From: a bacterium
GTDB taxonomy: Bacteria > Patescibacteriota > Minisyncoccia > Phycocordibacterales > UBA9973
Assembly: GCA_037130335.1 (NCBI GenBank)
Contig: JBAXTD010000001.1
Location: 25,683-89,682, forward strand
Direction: 5' to 3'
DNA length: 64,000 bases
Numbering within the stretch: position 1 is the stretch's first letter; each line of letters opens with the position of its first letter. This document shows, piece by piece, positions 8,834 to 17,837 of this stretch. Under the pieces are notes generated by a model that worked only from the letters and a program-made list of their open reading frames with translations, was not told where the DNA came from and searched no databases. The translations under genes and the position numbers were made by a program.

Positions 8834-9310
8834 TTAACCCGTTAGTAGTTCAAACGAGTGTAATGCTTGCTCAGCCTGAGCGAGCGTTACCAAAACAAGT
8901 TGGTGGGGTTCTTTTTTGATTACAAAATCCTGGTAATGATCAAAAAAGAATTTATTCTTAATATTCTCAATTTCTTGCAAAACAACGGTTTCAAAAATGT
9001 CTGCTTCTAATGATTCATCTTTGTAATTGAAAATTATTTTTGCAAATACATGAATCGGTTCCTGGAAAAATATTTTTTCAGGATGGAAAACATCCTTCCA
9101 CCAGGTATAGTTTTTCATTAAAAAATTTTTTGAACACACATAAAATGTTTGTGTGTCGAAAATTTCCGAGGGAATAACATACAATTCAGTTTGTGGCATA
9201 TATATTGGTTGTTTTTCAACAATCAAACCATATGTTTTACTAAATGTATCATTGAGTATTTCTTCGAGATTATTTATTTTGTTTTTCATAAGAACAGTTT
9301 TTTGATTCAT
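8834..9310 (-). CDS. Hypothetical protein
   Basis: 158-aa ORF convergent with dgkA. No recognisable domain. Confidence 0.5.
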   Translation of the reverse strand: MNQKTVLMKNKINNLEEILNDTFSKTYGLIVEKQPIYMPQTELYVIPSEIFDTQTFYVCSKNFLMKNYTWWKDVFHPEKIFFQEPIHVFAKIIFNYKDESLEADIFETVVLQEIENIKNKFFFDHYQDFVIKKEPHQLVLVTLAQAEQALHSFELLTG

Positions 9311-9490
9311 TGATAACGTACCACATTTTTTAAAGGCAAGTCAATTTATCATAATTGTTGACAACTTTTTTGCGTGGGTGTACTCTAAACATATGTTCGC
9401 ACAAAACAACAACATGGTCGTCGTCAGTATTATTCCATCCATCGGAGGGACTACTTTTGTTGTATAAAGAATTTCAAAAATAACTCAACA

Positions 9491-9526
9491 AAAAGAAAGC
9501 CCTCAGCAATGAGGGCTTTCTTTTTA
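9491..9526 (+). terminator. Intrinsic terminator closing a short, ORF-poor transcript
   Basis: GAAAGCCCTCA-GCAA-TGAGGGCTTTC followed by TTTTT. A TTGACA at 9358-9363 lies about 130 nt upstream. Confidence 0.55.
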
Positions 9527-9652
9527 GATTAATGTGCATTTTCGAATTAGCGCGTTTGGTATTTCAAAAGAAACCCCAAACGCGGTGATCCGAAAAAAAA
9601 TGGATTGCCGAATTCTTTATTTTCACCGTTCTTTAAAAAATAAATAATCTAT

Positions 9653-11002
9653 ATGAAAAGGGAAAAACCACTAAACGAAAATTATTCGTCCACTTGTGAC
9701 GCCATGATTGAAACTATTGTTAATAAAATGTGCAGGGAAGAATCTCCTCAGTTGGGGGATTGTCCGACATTTCATATTATTGATAATAATTATGAATCAA
9801 ACCCATGGATAGCAGATAGTTACAAACTAACTCCTGCCGATATCAAAATTCTAAATACGGAATTTGGTTTCAAAATGTTCGCAACCCCGCATTTGGGATT
9901 GCATCGTTGTTTTACTTCTTTTGTTTCGCTAATGGGTGGTACGGTTTGTATGTTTACATCAAATCAATCAGAAAAAGATGTTTTGTCTGTCCCAGAATTT
10001 CTTGGTTCAAATGGAATGAGAGTTTCATGTTCTAAGCAAAAAGAGGGCAAAATACTTTCACCGTATCTTGAATTGGATAAAAATGGATTGAAAAATAGTG
10101 CATTGTCGCAAACTATAAAATCCTATTTGGGGTATTCAAGTATTGCTTCACTGCAGTATCATTCAAATCTAAAAGCTTTCGGTGGTACAACAAATATTGT
10201 GCTAGATAATGAAATTATCTCATCAAATTTTGTCGGTACAGTACTAGAGCTTTTGGCAAAGAATCAAAAATTTATTTTACAGGGGACAAACCACATTGAT
10301 TTGTTTGATCGGTATGTTTCGACTGATGGTACGGTTATGCTAGCAAAATCCTATGATTCTTGTGCGTACAAAACATTTTTAGAAATGAAAGATACACACA
10401 AAAGAATGATTGAAAACGATTTATTATTATCTCCAAATGGGTATTTACCGATAAAAGAAGTAATAATTTTTCTTGATTCACTCAGGTGTTATTCATCTCA
10501 GTTTAATGGCTCACAAGCAAACGCCCCTATGGTTGGAAATAGTTTTTCGATCAGTGGTGTCAGTATGATTAATTATCTCAAAGGTGCAACTTCACGTTTG
10601 ATTCTCCAGAGAATGTACGAAGTTGTATATCGTGAATTTGAATGGCTACCTCTACATATGAGGCTCGTAATGATTCCAGGTGGAATGTTTAGTTTTACAC
10701 CATCTTCGGCTGAGCATGATGTATGTAATGCAGTTGATTGTGTGGCTTCTAGCTATTCACAATGGAAACAATTATGTGGAAAAATGAGTAGTGTAAAAGA
10801 GTCTGAAAAATTACTCGCTATAAAAGATATTGAAAAAAGTAAACAGCAATATCTAAATGAGAGAAAAATTTTTAATTCTGTTTTGCAGAAACGCAGAGGT
10901 TTTACCCAATTTGATGTATTGGAAGGGGAGCATGTCCCAGAGAATGTTTTTACATCATTACAGCATTTAAGTTTTGGTGACATAAGAAAATTTCTTGACT
11001 AG
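9653..11002 (+). CDS. Hypothetical protein with no recognisable domain
   Basis: 449-aa ORF with even codon usage. I see no signal peptide and no known motifs. Confidence 0.6.
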   Translation: MKREKPLNENYSSTCDAMIETIVNKMCREESPQLGDCPTFHIIDNNYESNPWIADSYKLTPADIKILNTEFGFKMFATPHLGLHRCFTSFVSLMGGTVCMFTSNQSEKDVLSVPEFLGSNGMRVSCSKQKEGKILSPYLELDKNGLKNSALSQTIKSYLGYSSIASLQYHSNLKAFGGTTNIVLDNEIISSNFVGTVLELLAKNQKFILQGTNHIDLFDRYVSTDGTVMLAKSYDSCAYKTFLEMKDTHKRMIENDLLLSPNGYLPIKEVIIFLDSLRCYSSQFNGSQANAPMVGNSFSISGVSMINYLKGATSRLILQRMYEVVYREFEWLPLHMRLVMIPGGMFSFTPSSAEHDVCNAVDCVASSYSQWKQLCGKMSSVKESEKLLAIKDIEKSKQQYLNERKIFNSVLQKRRGFTQFDVLEGEHVPENVFTSLQHLSFGDIRKFLD

Positions 11003-11153
11003 GTAAAAAAGGAAGTGTATGAAAAAGATTAAAAAAATTTTTGAGTGGTTAGTGTCTTTGTTTGGTAATGGAAAATCACACAGTATTGGATTTATGGATT
11101 ATCCTGCATTCAAAGATCATGATTCTTAAGAAAAGTAATGTTTCTAAATTTTT

Positions 11154-11180
11154 AAAGCCCCATTTAATGGGGCTTTTTTG
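11154..11180 (+). terminator. Intrinsic terminator
   Basis: AAAGCCCCAT-TTA-ATGGGGCTTTTTTG. Confidence 0.7.
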
Positions 11181-11234
11181 TATTATTTTTTTCTTTGGTT
11201 TGATTTTTTTGTATCACTGAGTACAATCAATAAG

Positions 11235-12251
11235 ATGAATGAACAAAAACCCTATATTATCGATGGGCACCAAGATATTGCATTTAATTCCATTCATTGT
11301 ACTGGAAAAGATTTCATGAAAAGAAATCGTTTTGACCAATCAACGTTACTTCCAGAACCACAATTAAACCAAAGTGACTATGTTCGATTAATGGAATCGG
11401 GAGTAAAAGTTGTTCAAGGTGTTATTTTTCCATATCATTTTGAAGCAGATCATTCTATCGTTGGCTCAGAAGAGATTGGTTTTATGGAAACAAATCGACA
11501 ATTGGATTTTTATCTCGAACTCGAAAAACGCAGTGAGGGAAAAGTTCGAATACTCAAGAATGCATCTGATCTCGAATATGTATTTGCTCATCAAGATGTG
11601 ATTGGAATAATTATTTTAATCGAGGATGCAATCGGCGTGCGACATGATTTGTCTAATCTGCAGGAATTGTACGACAGAGGGGTGCGTATAATTGGCCCTG
11701 TTTGGAATCGAGACAATCAATTCGCTGGGGGGACAGATACTGATATGGGTTTTACAGAAGCAGGCAAGAAACTTTTGTCAGAAATGGAAAAAATTGGTTT
11801 CGCGTTGGATACTGCACATATGAACGTAAGCGATTTCATGGAATCAGTTCCAAACTTTGGTGGTGTTGTAATTAATTCGCATACCTGTTGCAGTGCCCTC
11901 AATGCTCATCGTAGAAATCTTACCGACGAACAACTTCTAATGCTTGCACAAAAAGATGGTGTTGTGGGTGTTGCATTCGTCACAAAATTTTTAAAAGAGA
12001 AAGCTGAAGAGGCAACAATTTTGGATGTTAAAAATCATATTGATCATATGGTTTCTGTAATGGGTATTGAACATGTTGCGTTCGGTTCTGACTTTGATGG
12101 TGTTTCATGGCCCAATTATATAGAAAAACTTCCAGATGTATCAAAATTATCTGAACTAAGAAGTTTGGTAGGGCAAACATATTCTGTTTCGGACACCTCG
12201 AAAGTTAGCTATGAAAACTGGTTACGAGTTCTCAAGCGTATACTTAAATAA
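11235..12251 (+). CDS. Membrane dipeptidase (peptidase family M19)
   Basis: IIDGHQDIAFN (the M19 xDGHxD motif), GVRIIGPVWNRDNQFAGG, and HVAFGSDFDGV. Starting at 11235 avoids the upstream terminator; 11178 is an alternative. Confidence 0.75.
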   Translation: MNEQKPYIIDGHQDIAFNSIHCTGKDFMKRNRFDQSTLLPEPQLNQSDYVRLMESGVKVVQGVIFPYHFEADHSIVGSEEIGFMETNRQLDFYLELEKRSEGKVRILKNASDLEYVFAHQDVIGIIILIEDAIGVRHDLSNLQELYDRGVRIIGPVWNRDNQFAGGTDTDMGFTEAGKKLLSEMEKIGFALDTAHMNVSDFMESVPNFGGVVINSHTCCSALNAHRRNLTDEQLLMLAQKDGVVGVAFVTKFLKEKAEEATILDVKNHIDHMVSVMGIEHVAFGSDFDGVSWPNYIEKLPDVSKLSELRSLVGQTYSVSDTSKVSYENWLRVLKRILK

Positions 12252-12302
12252 TTTTATTTTGATTTTTATGTGCATAATAAAGCTCCTGTAATTGTATAGG
12301 AT

Positions 12303-12330
12303 TTGACAATTCTCCTCTATTTGCTAGTAT
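12303..12330 (+). promoter_or_regulatory. Promoter TTGACA-16-TGcTAGTAT restarting the S10 operon at rpsS
   Basis: TTGACA at 12303-12308 and TAGTAT at 12325-12330, preceded by TGc. The same TGnTAGTAT element recurs before rpsZ, ndk and the tRNA at 34308. Confidence 0.55.
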
Positions 12331-12370
12331 AGTTCTTGCTAGCTCGTCTCGGGCTATTTTAATTAAATTT

Positions 12371-12715
12371 ATGACACGATCACTCAAAAAAGGACCATAT
12401 GTTGACGAACGCCTTCTCAAAAAGATTGCGGGCAAAGACCCTATAAAAACAGGGATGATAAAGACTTGGGCACGCGCATCTCAAATCTCACCAGAAATGG
12501 TTGGATTTAACTTTGGTGTTCATAACGGAAAGCTTCACATTGAAGTTCTCGTTACAGAAGACATGGTTGGTCACCGATTGGGTGAATTTTCTCCAACTCG
12601 TACATTCCGCAAACACGGAGGAAAGATGCAAAAGGAAATTGAAACAAAACAGAAAGAATCTGAAATCGCAGCTGCTCAAGCCGCAAAAGCTTCAACTGCT
12701 GATAAGAAGAAATAA
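12371..12715 (+). CDS. rpsS: 30S ribosomal protein S19 with a C-terminal extension
   Basis: [15 protein letters not shown]...[34 protein letters not shown]. Confidence 0.95.
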   Translation: MTRSLKKGPYVDERLLKKIAGKDPIKTGMIKTWARASQISPEMVGFNFGVHNGKLHIEVLVTEDMVGHRLGEFSPTRTFRKHGGKMQKEIETKQKESEIAAAQAAKASTADKKK

Positions 12716-12732
12716 TATTTTAACCATATCCT

Positions 12733-13107
12733 ATGAAAGCCTATCTCAAAAACTACAGACAAGCTCCTCGTAAAGTCCGCCTCGTTGCGAACCTTATTAA
12801 AGGCAAAACAGTCACTATGGCTGATCTCGAACTCAAGCACCTCGCAAAGCGTGCTGCACTTCCTATGGAAAAGCTTCTTGCTTCTGCTGTTGCGAATGCA
12901 AAGGTTGCAGGAATTGCTGCAGAAAACTTGATTGTAAAGAATGTGAGTGTAGACAAGGGATTGGTTATGAAGCGTATGATGCCACGCGCATTCGGACGTG
13001 GAGCACCAATTCACAAGCATATGAGTCATGTGACACTTACACTTGCTGAATCTGTTGCAAAAGTAAAAAAGGCAAAGAAAATTACTAGTAAGAAAGTAGC
13101 GAAATAA
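12733..13107 (+). CDS. rplV: 50S ribosomal protein L22
   Basis: APRKVRLVANLIKGKTV...RMMPRAFGRGAPIHKHMSHVT. Confidence 0.95.
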   Translation: MKAYLKNYRQAPRKVRLVANLIKGKTVTMADLELKHLAKRAALPMEKLLASAVANAKVAGIAAENLIVKNVSVDKGLVMKRMMPRAFGRGAPIHKHMSHVTLTLAESVAKVKKAKKITSKKVAK

Positions 13108-13110
13108 TAT

Positions 13111-13797
13111 ATGAGTAAAGTAGTACATCCATACGCACATAGACTTGTCATTCTTCGGGATTGGAAATCACGCTGGTTTGCAGCACCAAAGAAGTACAAA
13201 GAGCTCCTCCGAGGGGATGTGCTTATTCGTGAATATCTCGAAAAGCGTCTTCGTGGATTGTATGTTTCTTCTGTTGAATTCGAACGTAGTCCAAAATCAA
13301 CTCGTATCATCATCCGCACATCACGCCCAGGTATGGTTATCGGACGATCAGGTGAAGGTTCTACAAAACTCAAACAAGATGTTGTTAAGTTTATGAAGAA
13401 GCATGATATTGTTTCTCCAGAAGAACTTAAACTTGATGTTGTTGAAATTCAAAACCCAGATGCAGATGCACACATTGTTGCATTCTCTGTTGCCGAAGGT
13501 CTCGAAAAGCGTTTGCCTTTCCGTCGCGTAATGAAACAGACTGTTGAAAAGGTAATTGCAACTCGCGGTGTTGAAGGAGTCCGTATTGTTATCGGAGGAC
13601 GTCTCGGTGGAGCAGAAATCGCTCGTACAGAAGAACAAAAGCGCGGGTCAATTCCACTTCAAACTTTCCGTGCAGACGTAGATTATTCTCGCGAACGCGC
13701 ACATATGACATACGGAGATATCGGAATCAAAGTTTGGATTTACCGAGGAGAAGTGTTTGCTGAAAAACAGGCAACTAATAAACAACCAACGAAGTAA
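13111..13797 (+). CDS. rpsC: 30S ribosomal protein S3
   Basis: KH domain together with the C-terminal IGIKVWIYRGEVF region. Confidence 0.95.
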   Translation: MSKVVHPYAHRLVILRDWKSRWFAAPKKYKELLRGDVLIREYLEKRLRGLYVSSVEFERSPKSTRIIIRTSRPGMVIGRSGEGSTKLKQDVVKFMKKHDIVSPEELKLDVVEIQNPDADAHIVAFSVAEGLEKRLPFRRVMKQTVEKVIATRGVEGVRIVIGGRLGGAEIARTEEQKRGSIPLQTFRADVDYSRERAHMTYGDIGIKVWIYRGEVFAEKQATNKQPTK

Positions 13798-13800
13798 TAT

Positions 13801-14220
13801 ATGTTATTCCCAAAGAAAGTAAAATATAGAAAGTGGCATACAATGCGTAAAGACATGACGTTGGCGAAACCCGACACTCGTGGTACTACACTTGCGTATG
13901 GATCATTTGGTCTCAAGGCTTTGACTGCGGGACGTATCAAATCAAATCAACTCGAAGCTGGACGTAAAGCAATGTCTCGTCAATTGACAAAGACAGCAAA
14001 GGCGTGGATCCGTATTTTTCCAGACCGACCATATACTGCAAAAGCAGCTGAGGTGGGAATGGGAAAGGGTAAAGGAGATCCACAAGGTTTCTGTTTTGAA
14101 ATCCGTCCAGGTCGCCTTATTTACGAAGTCGATGGAATGGATGAAAAGCTTTCACGAGAAGCACTTCGTAAAGCAGGAACAAAACTTCCTGTGAAGACAA
14201 AAATCGTATCACGCGTATAA
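13801..14220 (+). CDS. rplP: 50S ribosomal protein L16
   Basis: PKKVKYRKWHTMR...RIFPDRPYTAKAAEVGMGKGKG. Confidence 0.95.
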   Translation: MLFPKKVKYRKWHTMRKDMTLAKPDTRGTTLAYGSFGLKALTAGRIKSNQLEAGRKAMSRQLTKTAKAWIRIFPDRPYTAKAAEVGMGKGKGDPQGFCFEIRPGRLIYEVDGMDEKLSREALRKAGTKLPVKTKIVSRV

Positions 14221-14237
14221 AAATATAAATAATTGAT

Positions 14238-14429
14238 ATGAAAAAAGAAACCGTAAAATTTAATAACGCAGCTGAAATCGACAAAAAAGTCGCCGAGGTT
14301 CGAGAAAAGATTCGCAAGGCAAATTTTGCAGGAGCAGGAGCTGCCGCAAAAAATGTCAAAGAAATCAAGAATCTCAAAAAGGAAATTGCTCGATTAGAAA
14401 CAGCAAAATCAGCACTCCTTACGAAGTAA
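14238..14429 (+). CDS. rpmC: 50S ribosomal protein L29
   Basis: 63 aa with the L29 pattern ELRKKIREANF, located between rplP and rpsQ. Confidence 0.88.
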   Translation: MKKETVKFNNAAEIDKKVAEVREKIRKANFAGAGAAAKNVKEIKNLKKEIARLETAKSALLTK

Positions 14430-14432
14430 CAT

Positions 14433-14762
14433 ATGCCTACTAAAAAAACAACAACAAAAGAAGCAGAACCAAAAGTCAAAAAGCCTCGTGCTGTAAAAGC
14501 AGAGAAGGTTGTAGTTGAAAAAACTGCAAAGAAAGGCTTTACTTTGACAGGAGTAGTCACAAGTACAAAAATGCAAAAGACTATTGTCGTCAAAGTGACA
14601 AACTTCGTTAAACACCCAAAATACCAAAAATATCTTACACTTACAAAGAAATACAAAGTGCATGATGAAAATGGAGTAGCAAAAATGGGCGATACGGTGC
14701 AAATTGTCGAGACGCGCCCGCTTTCAAAAGATAAGCATTTTACATTAGTTGAGAAAAAATAA
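14433..14762 (+). CDS. rpsQ: 30S ribosomal protein S17 with an N-terminal Lys-rich extension
   Basis: [16 protein letters not shown]...[35 protein letters not shown]. Confidence 0.93.
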   Translation: MPTKKTTTKEAEPKVKKPRAVKAEKVVVEKTAKKGFTLTGVVTSTKMQKTIVVKVTNFVKHPKYQKYLTLTKKYKVHDENGVAKMGDTVQIVETRPLSKDKHFTLVEKK

Positions 14763-14789
14763 ATCTCATACTAAGGTAACAAAAATTAT

Positions 14790-15167
14790 ATGATTCAACC
14801 ACAAACAATAGTAAAGATCGCAGACAACGCCGGAGGAAAAATCGGCCGCGTATTCAAAGTTCTCGGATCATCCAAGCGCCGTTATGCATGTATTGGAGAT
14901 GTTGTTGTGATTTCAGTTCAAACTGCAGAACCTCGCAAGGGAGTAAAGAAGAAGGCTGTTCACCACGCAGTTGTCGTTCGTCAGCGTGAAGCTATGCGCC
15001 GTAAAGACGGTTCATATATTCGTTTCGATGATAATGCAGTAGTGCTTATTGGATCAGGCAAACAACGCTTTGAACCAATCGCAGGACGTGTGTTCGGACC
15101 AATTCCACGTGAACTTGGAGAACGCGGTTATCAAAAAATTATTTCTCTTGCTCCAGAAGTAATATAG
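14790..15167 (+). CDS. rplN: 50S ribosomal protein L14
   Basis: MIQPQTIVKIADNAGGK L14 N-terminus. Confidence 0.95.
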   Translation: MIQPQTIVKIADNAGGKIGRVFKVLGSSKRRYACIGDVVVISVQTAEPRKGVKKKAVHHAVVVRQREAMRRKDGSYIRFDDNAVVLIGSGKQRFEPIAGRVFGPIPRELGERGYQKIISLAPEVI

Positions 15168-15190
15168 AAAATTTAAATATCGCTAAATAT

Positions 15191-15496
15191 ATGAATATAA
15201 AAAAAGGAGACAATGTAATAATTCTAAAAGGAAAGGACAAAGGCAAGAAAGGAAAAGTTCTTTCTGTGTTTGTAAAAGAAAACCGTGTATTGGTTGAAGG
15301 CCTCAACATGAAAAAGCGTCACATGCGCGCTCGCAAAGGCGGTGAGAAAGGACAAATGATTGATATGGCACACCCAATCGCTCGTGCTTCAGTTTCGCTT
15401 CTTGATCCAAAATCTGGAACTGCAACTCGACTTGGTTCAAAAGTAGTTAATGGCAAAAAGGTTCGTATTGCCAAAAAAAGCGGACAAGAAATTTAA
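15191..15496 (+). CDS. rplX: 50S ribosomal protein L24
   Basis: KKGDNVIILKGKDKGKKGKVL KOW motif. Confidence 0.93.
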   Translation: MNIKKGDNVIILKGKDKGKKGKVLSVFVKENRVLVEGLNMKKRHMRARKGGEKGQMIDMAHPIARASVSLLDPKSGTATRLGSKVVNGKKVRIAKKSGQEI

Positions 15497-15554
15497 AAAA
15501 ACAATCAAAGGTACTAGGTGAGATTACGTTCTCGATCTAAATCCTAAAATATTT

Positions 15555-16091
15555 ATGACAGTAAAAGAAAAATCACAAAAATCATACGAAGTTCTCAAGG
15601 ACAAATTTGGCTACAAAAATGTCATGGCTGCACCACGCTTAAAAAAAGTTGTTGTTGCGTCAGGTACAGGTAGTGGAATGAAGCGCGACAATAAGCGTAA
15701 TGAATTGGTAGCTGATCGTCTCACAAAGATCACTGGTCAAAAGACAGCACTTCGTGGAGCAAAGCAATCAATTGCAACATTCAAAATCCGTCAAGGAGAT
15801 CCTGTGGGAGTTTCAGTTACACTTCGTGGACCACGTATGTACGCTTTCCTCGAAAAGTTTTTCAATATCGCAATTCCTCGTACAAAAGACTTCCGTGGAT
15901 ACAACGACAAATCAGTTGATGATATCGGAAACCTCACACTTTCAGTCAAAGAACACACAATCTTCCCAGAAACAGCCGATGAAGATATCAAAGATGTGTT
16001 TGGTCTCGCAGTAACAATCGTTACTTCAGCAAAAACAAAGAAAGAAGGCCAAGCGTTTTTCGACCTCATCGGAGTTCCATTCAAGAAATAA
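15555..16091 (+). CDS. rplE: 50S ribosomal protein L5
   Basis: NVMAAPRLKKVVV...FRGYNDKSVDDIGNLTLSVKEHTIFPE. Confidence 0.95.
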   Translation: MTVKEKSQKSYEVLKDKFGYKNVMAAPRLKKVVVASGTGSGMKRDNKRNELVADRLTKITGQKTALRGAKQSIATFKIRQGDPVGVSVTLRGPRMYAFLEKFFNIAIPRTKDFRGYNDKSVDDIGNLTLSVKEHTIFPETADEDIKDVFGLAVTIVTSAKTKKEGQAFFDLIGVPFKK

Positions 16092-16112
16092 TCACATTGC
16101 ATCACGCACAAA

Positions 16113-16141
16113 AAATTCCCGCTTTAACGCGGGAATTTTTT
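16113..16141 (+). terminator. Intrinsic terminator after rplE
   Basis: AAATTCCCGC-TTTAA-GCGGGAATTTTTT. Confidence 0.75.
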
Positions 16142-16157
16142 ATGCTATTGTACCTTT

Positions 16158-16745
16158 ATGCAAAAGCGACACATCATAACTATCTGTGGGGTTTTGGGAA
16201 GTGGTAAATCAACTGCAGCAAAACGGGTTTCTGCTGCACTTGGATATCCCCATTTTTCTGCGGGAGACTTTATGAGAGAAATGGCAAAAGAGCGTGGAAT
16301 TTCTTTGGCAGAACTCGGTCCGCTTGCCGAATCTGATCCAGAAATTGATAAAGAAATTGACCGTCGCCAAAAAAATTATATGGATACACATGATAATTTT
16401 GTCATTGATTCACGACTTGGTTGGTATTTTGCGCCGGATTCGTTTAAGGTTTTTTTATCTCTCGATAATCAAACATCTGCAGAGAGAGTCTTTGCTGATT
16501 TGAATTCAAAAAACTCTGCTCGTTTTGGAGAGACTGTAACTCAAGTTCAATCAATAGAAGATTTAAAAAAGAAACAAGCTGATCGTTTGCGAAGTGAAAA
16601 TGCTCGATATAAAGAATATTATGATATTGATGATATGTTTGATTTAGATCATTTTGATTTAATTATTGATACTAAAATAAATAATCCTGATGCCGTAGAA
16701 AAATTAATTTTAGAAGGATACAAAAAATGGCAGGAAACGAATTAA
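16158..16745 (+). CDS. cmk: Cytidylate kinase, archaeal/AAA-type
   Basis: ICGVLGSGKST P-loop and SAGDFMREMAKERGISLAEL...DPEIDKEIDRRQ, characteristic of archaeal-type CMP kinases. Confidence 0.75.
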   Translation: MQKRHIITICGVLGSGKSTAAKRVSAALGYPHFSAGDFMREMAKERGISLAELGPLAESDPEIDKEIDRRQKNYMDTHDNFVIDSRLGWYFAPDSFKVFLSLDNQTSAERVFADLNSKNSARFGETVTQVQSIEDLKKKQADRLRSENARYKEYYDIDDMFDLDHFDLIIDTKINNPDAVEKLILEGYKKWQETN

Positions 16746-17479
16746 AAGATAAATACATTATTTGGAAAAATTTAGGCGAGACTCCGCTTGAGGCGCTTAC
16801 TCGTTTATCCGATGAACTATCAATCCCCAAAGAAATTCCGCTCACGTATGCAGGACGGCTTGATCCGGCGGCTGAGGGATTTCTCATCATTCTCGTCGGT
16901 GATGAATGCAAGAAAAAGGGGGAATATACCAAACTCACCAAAACATACATGGCTGAGATTTTGGTTGGTGTTTCGACCGACACATTTGACTTGCTTGGAA
17001 TTCCAAAACTCGGAACCGAAGGAAAAAATGTTCTCAAAAAAACTCAGGAATATTTGGATGAGCATATTGGGAAATTTATACAAAAATATCCAACGTATTC
17101 TTCAAAGACCGTAGAAGGCACACAGCTTCATACGCTTGCACGAAATGGTACTGACGTGGAATTACCCGAACATGAAGTTGAATTACTTTCATATGATGAT
17201 TTGTCGATTGAAGAAATTTTGAGCGAGGATGTGCTCGTGCGCGTGGGGGAAGTTACGGCGACAGTCACGGGCGATTTCCGCCAGGCGGAAATCGCCCAAT
17301 CGTGGGCCGACGTGCGCCTCCCCGAAAAAATGTATTTACTCGAAGTATCACTCACCGTAGGTAGTGGATTTTATATCCGCCAACTCGCAGAAGATTTGGG
17401 TAAACACCTCGGTACTGGTGCCTGTCTGTATTCACTCATTCGCACGCAAATAGGGGAACACCACAAAGCGGATTTGTAA
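16727..17479 (+). CDS. truB: tRNA pseudouridine(55) synthase TruB
   Basis: The AGRLDPAAEGFLIILVGDECKK catalytic-Asp motif (GxLDxxAxG) and KTYMAEILVGVSTDTFD resemble the TruB KEYRATIRLGVRTDTDD region. It overlaps cmk by 19 bp. Confidence 0.75.
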   Translation: MAGNELKDKYIIWKNLGETPLEALTRLSDELSIPKEIPLTYAGRLDPAAEGFLIILVGDECKKKGEYTKLTKTYMAEILVGVSTDTFDLLGIPKLGTEGKNVLKKTQEYLDEHIGKFIQKYPTYSSKTVEGTQLHTLARNGTDVELPEHEVELLSYDDLSIEEILSEDVLVRVGEVTATVTGDFRQAEIAQSWADVRLPEKMYLLEVSLTVGSGFYIRQLAEDLGKHLGTGACLYSLIRTQIGEHHKADL

Positions 17480-17483
17480 GTAG

Positions 17484-17511
17484 TTGACTTATATCTTGAA
17501 TCTGCTAGTAT
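17484..17511 (+). promoter_or_regulatory. Promoter TTGACT-16-TGcTAGTAT for the rpsZ-to-secY unit
   Basis: TTGACT at 17484-17489 and TAGTAT at 17506-17511, preceded by TGc. Confidence 0.55.
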
Positions 17512-17512
17512 A

Positions 17513-17630
17513 GGACTCGAGGCATACAAATAGCTTGAAGCGTCCGTTTTTCTCCTTTATTCACTTAGCATAGCTAGGGGAACAAAGAACCAAAACGCGA
17601 TACGCGATAGCGAGCCTCGTATTTTAAACT
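17513..17630 (+). promoter_or_regulatory. Structured leader, about 118 nt, upstream of rpsZ; possibly autoregulatory
   Basis: Long-range pairing CTCGAGGC (17516-17523) with GCCTCG followed by TATTTT, plus a TAGCATAGCTA hairpin. It sits where the spc operon begins. Confidence 0.3.
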
Positions 17631-17816
17631 ATGGCAAAGACATCAACAAAACATCGCGCAACACGCGTCCCAAAATTTACTAGTCGAGCAAAGAATCGCT
17701 GTTTTAAGTGTGGTCGTGGACGCGGTTTTATGAGAGATTTCGGTTTGTGCCGTATCTGTTTCCGTGAACTCGCAAACGAAGGAATGGTTCCTGGAGTTCG
17801 CAAATCAAGTTGGTAA
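17631..17816 (+). CDS. rpsZ: 30S ribosomal protein S14, type Z (zinc-binding)
   Basis: 61 aa with [10 protein letters not shown]...CRICFRE (CxxC...CxxC). Confidence 0.93.
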   Translation: MAKTSTKHRATRVPKFTSRAKNRCFKCGRGRGFMRDFGLCRICFRELANEGMVPGVRKSSW

Positions 17817-17837
17817 TCTAATTTAACCTAAAATATT

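Noticed and set aside
11020-11127. A 36-codon ORF (MKKIKKIFEWLVSLFGNGKSHSIGFMDYPAFKDHDS) after the 449-aa gene
   Set aside because: It is too short and has no motif. It has no Shine-Dalgarno or promoter beyond the AT-rich background. I could not support it.
16727-16745. The 19-bp cmk/truB overlap as a possible frameshifted fusion
   Set aside because: Both reading frames give complete, separately alignable proteins. Short out-of-frame overlaps are normal in compact genomes.
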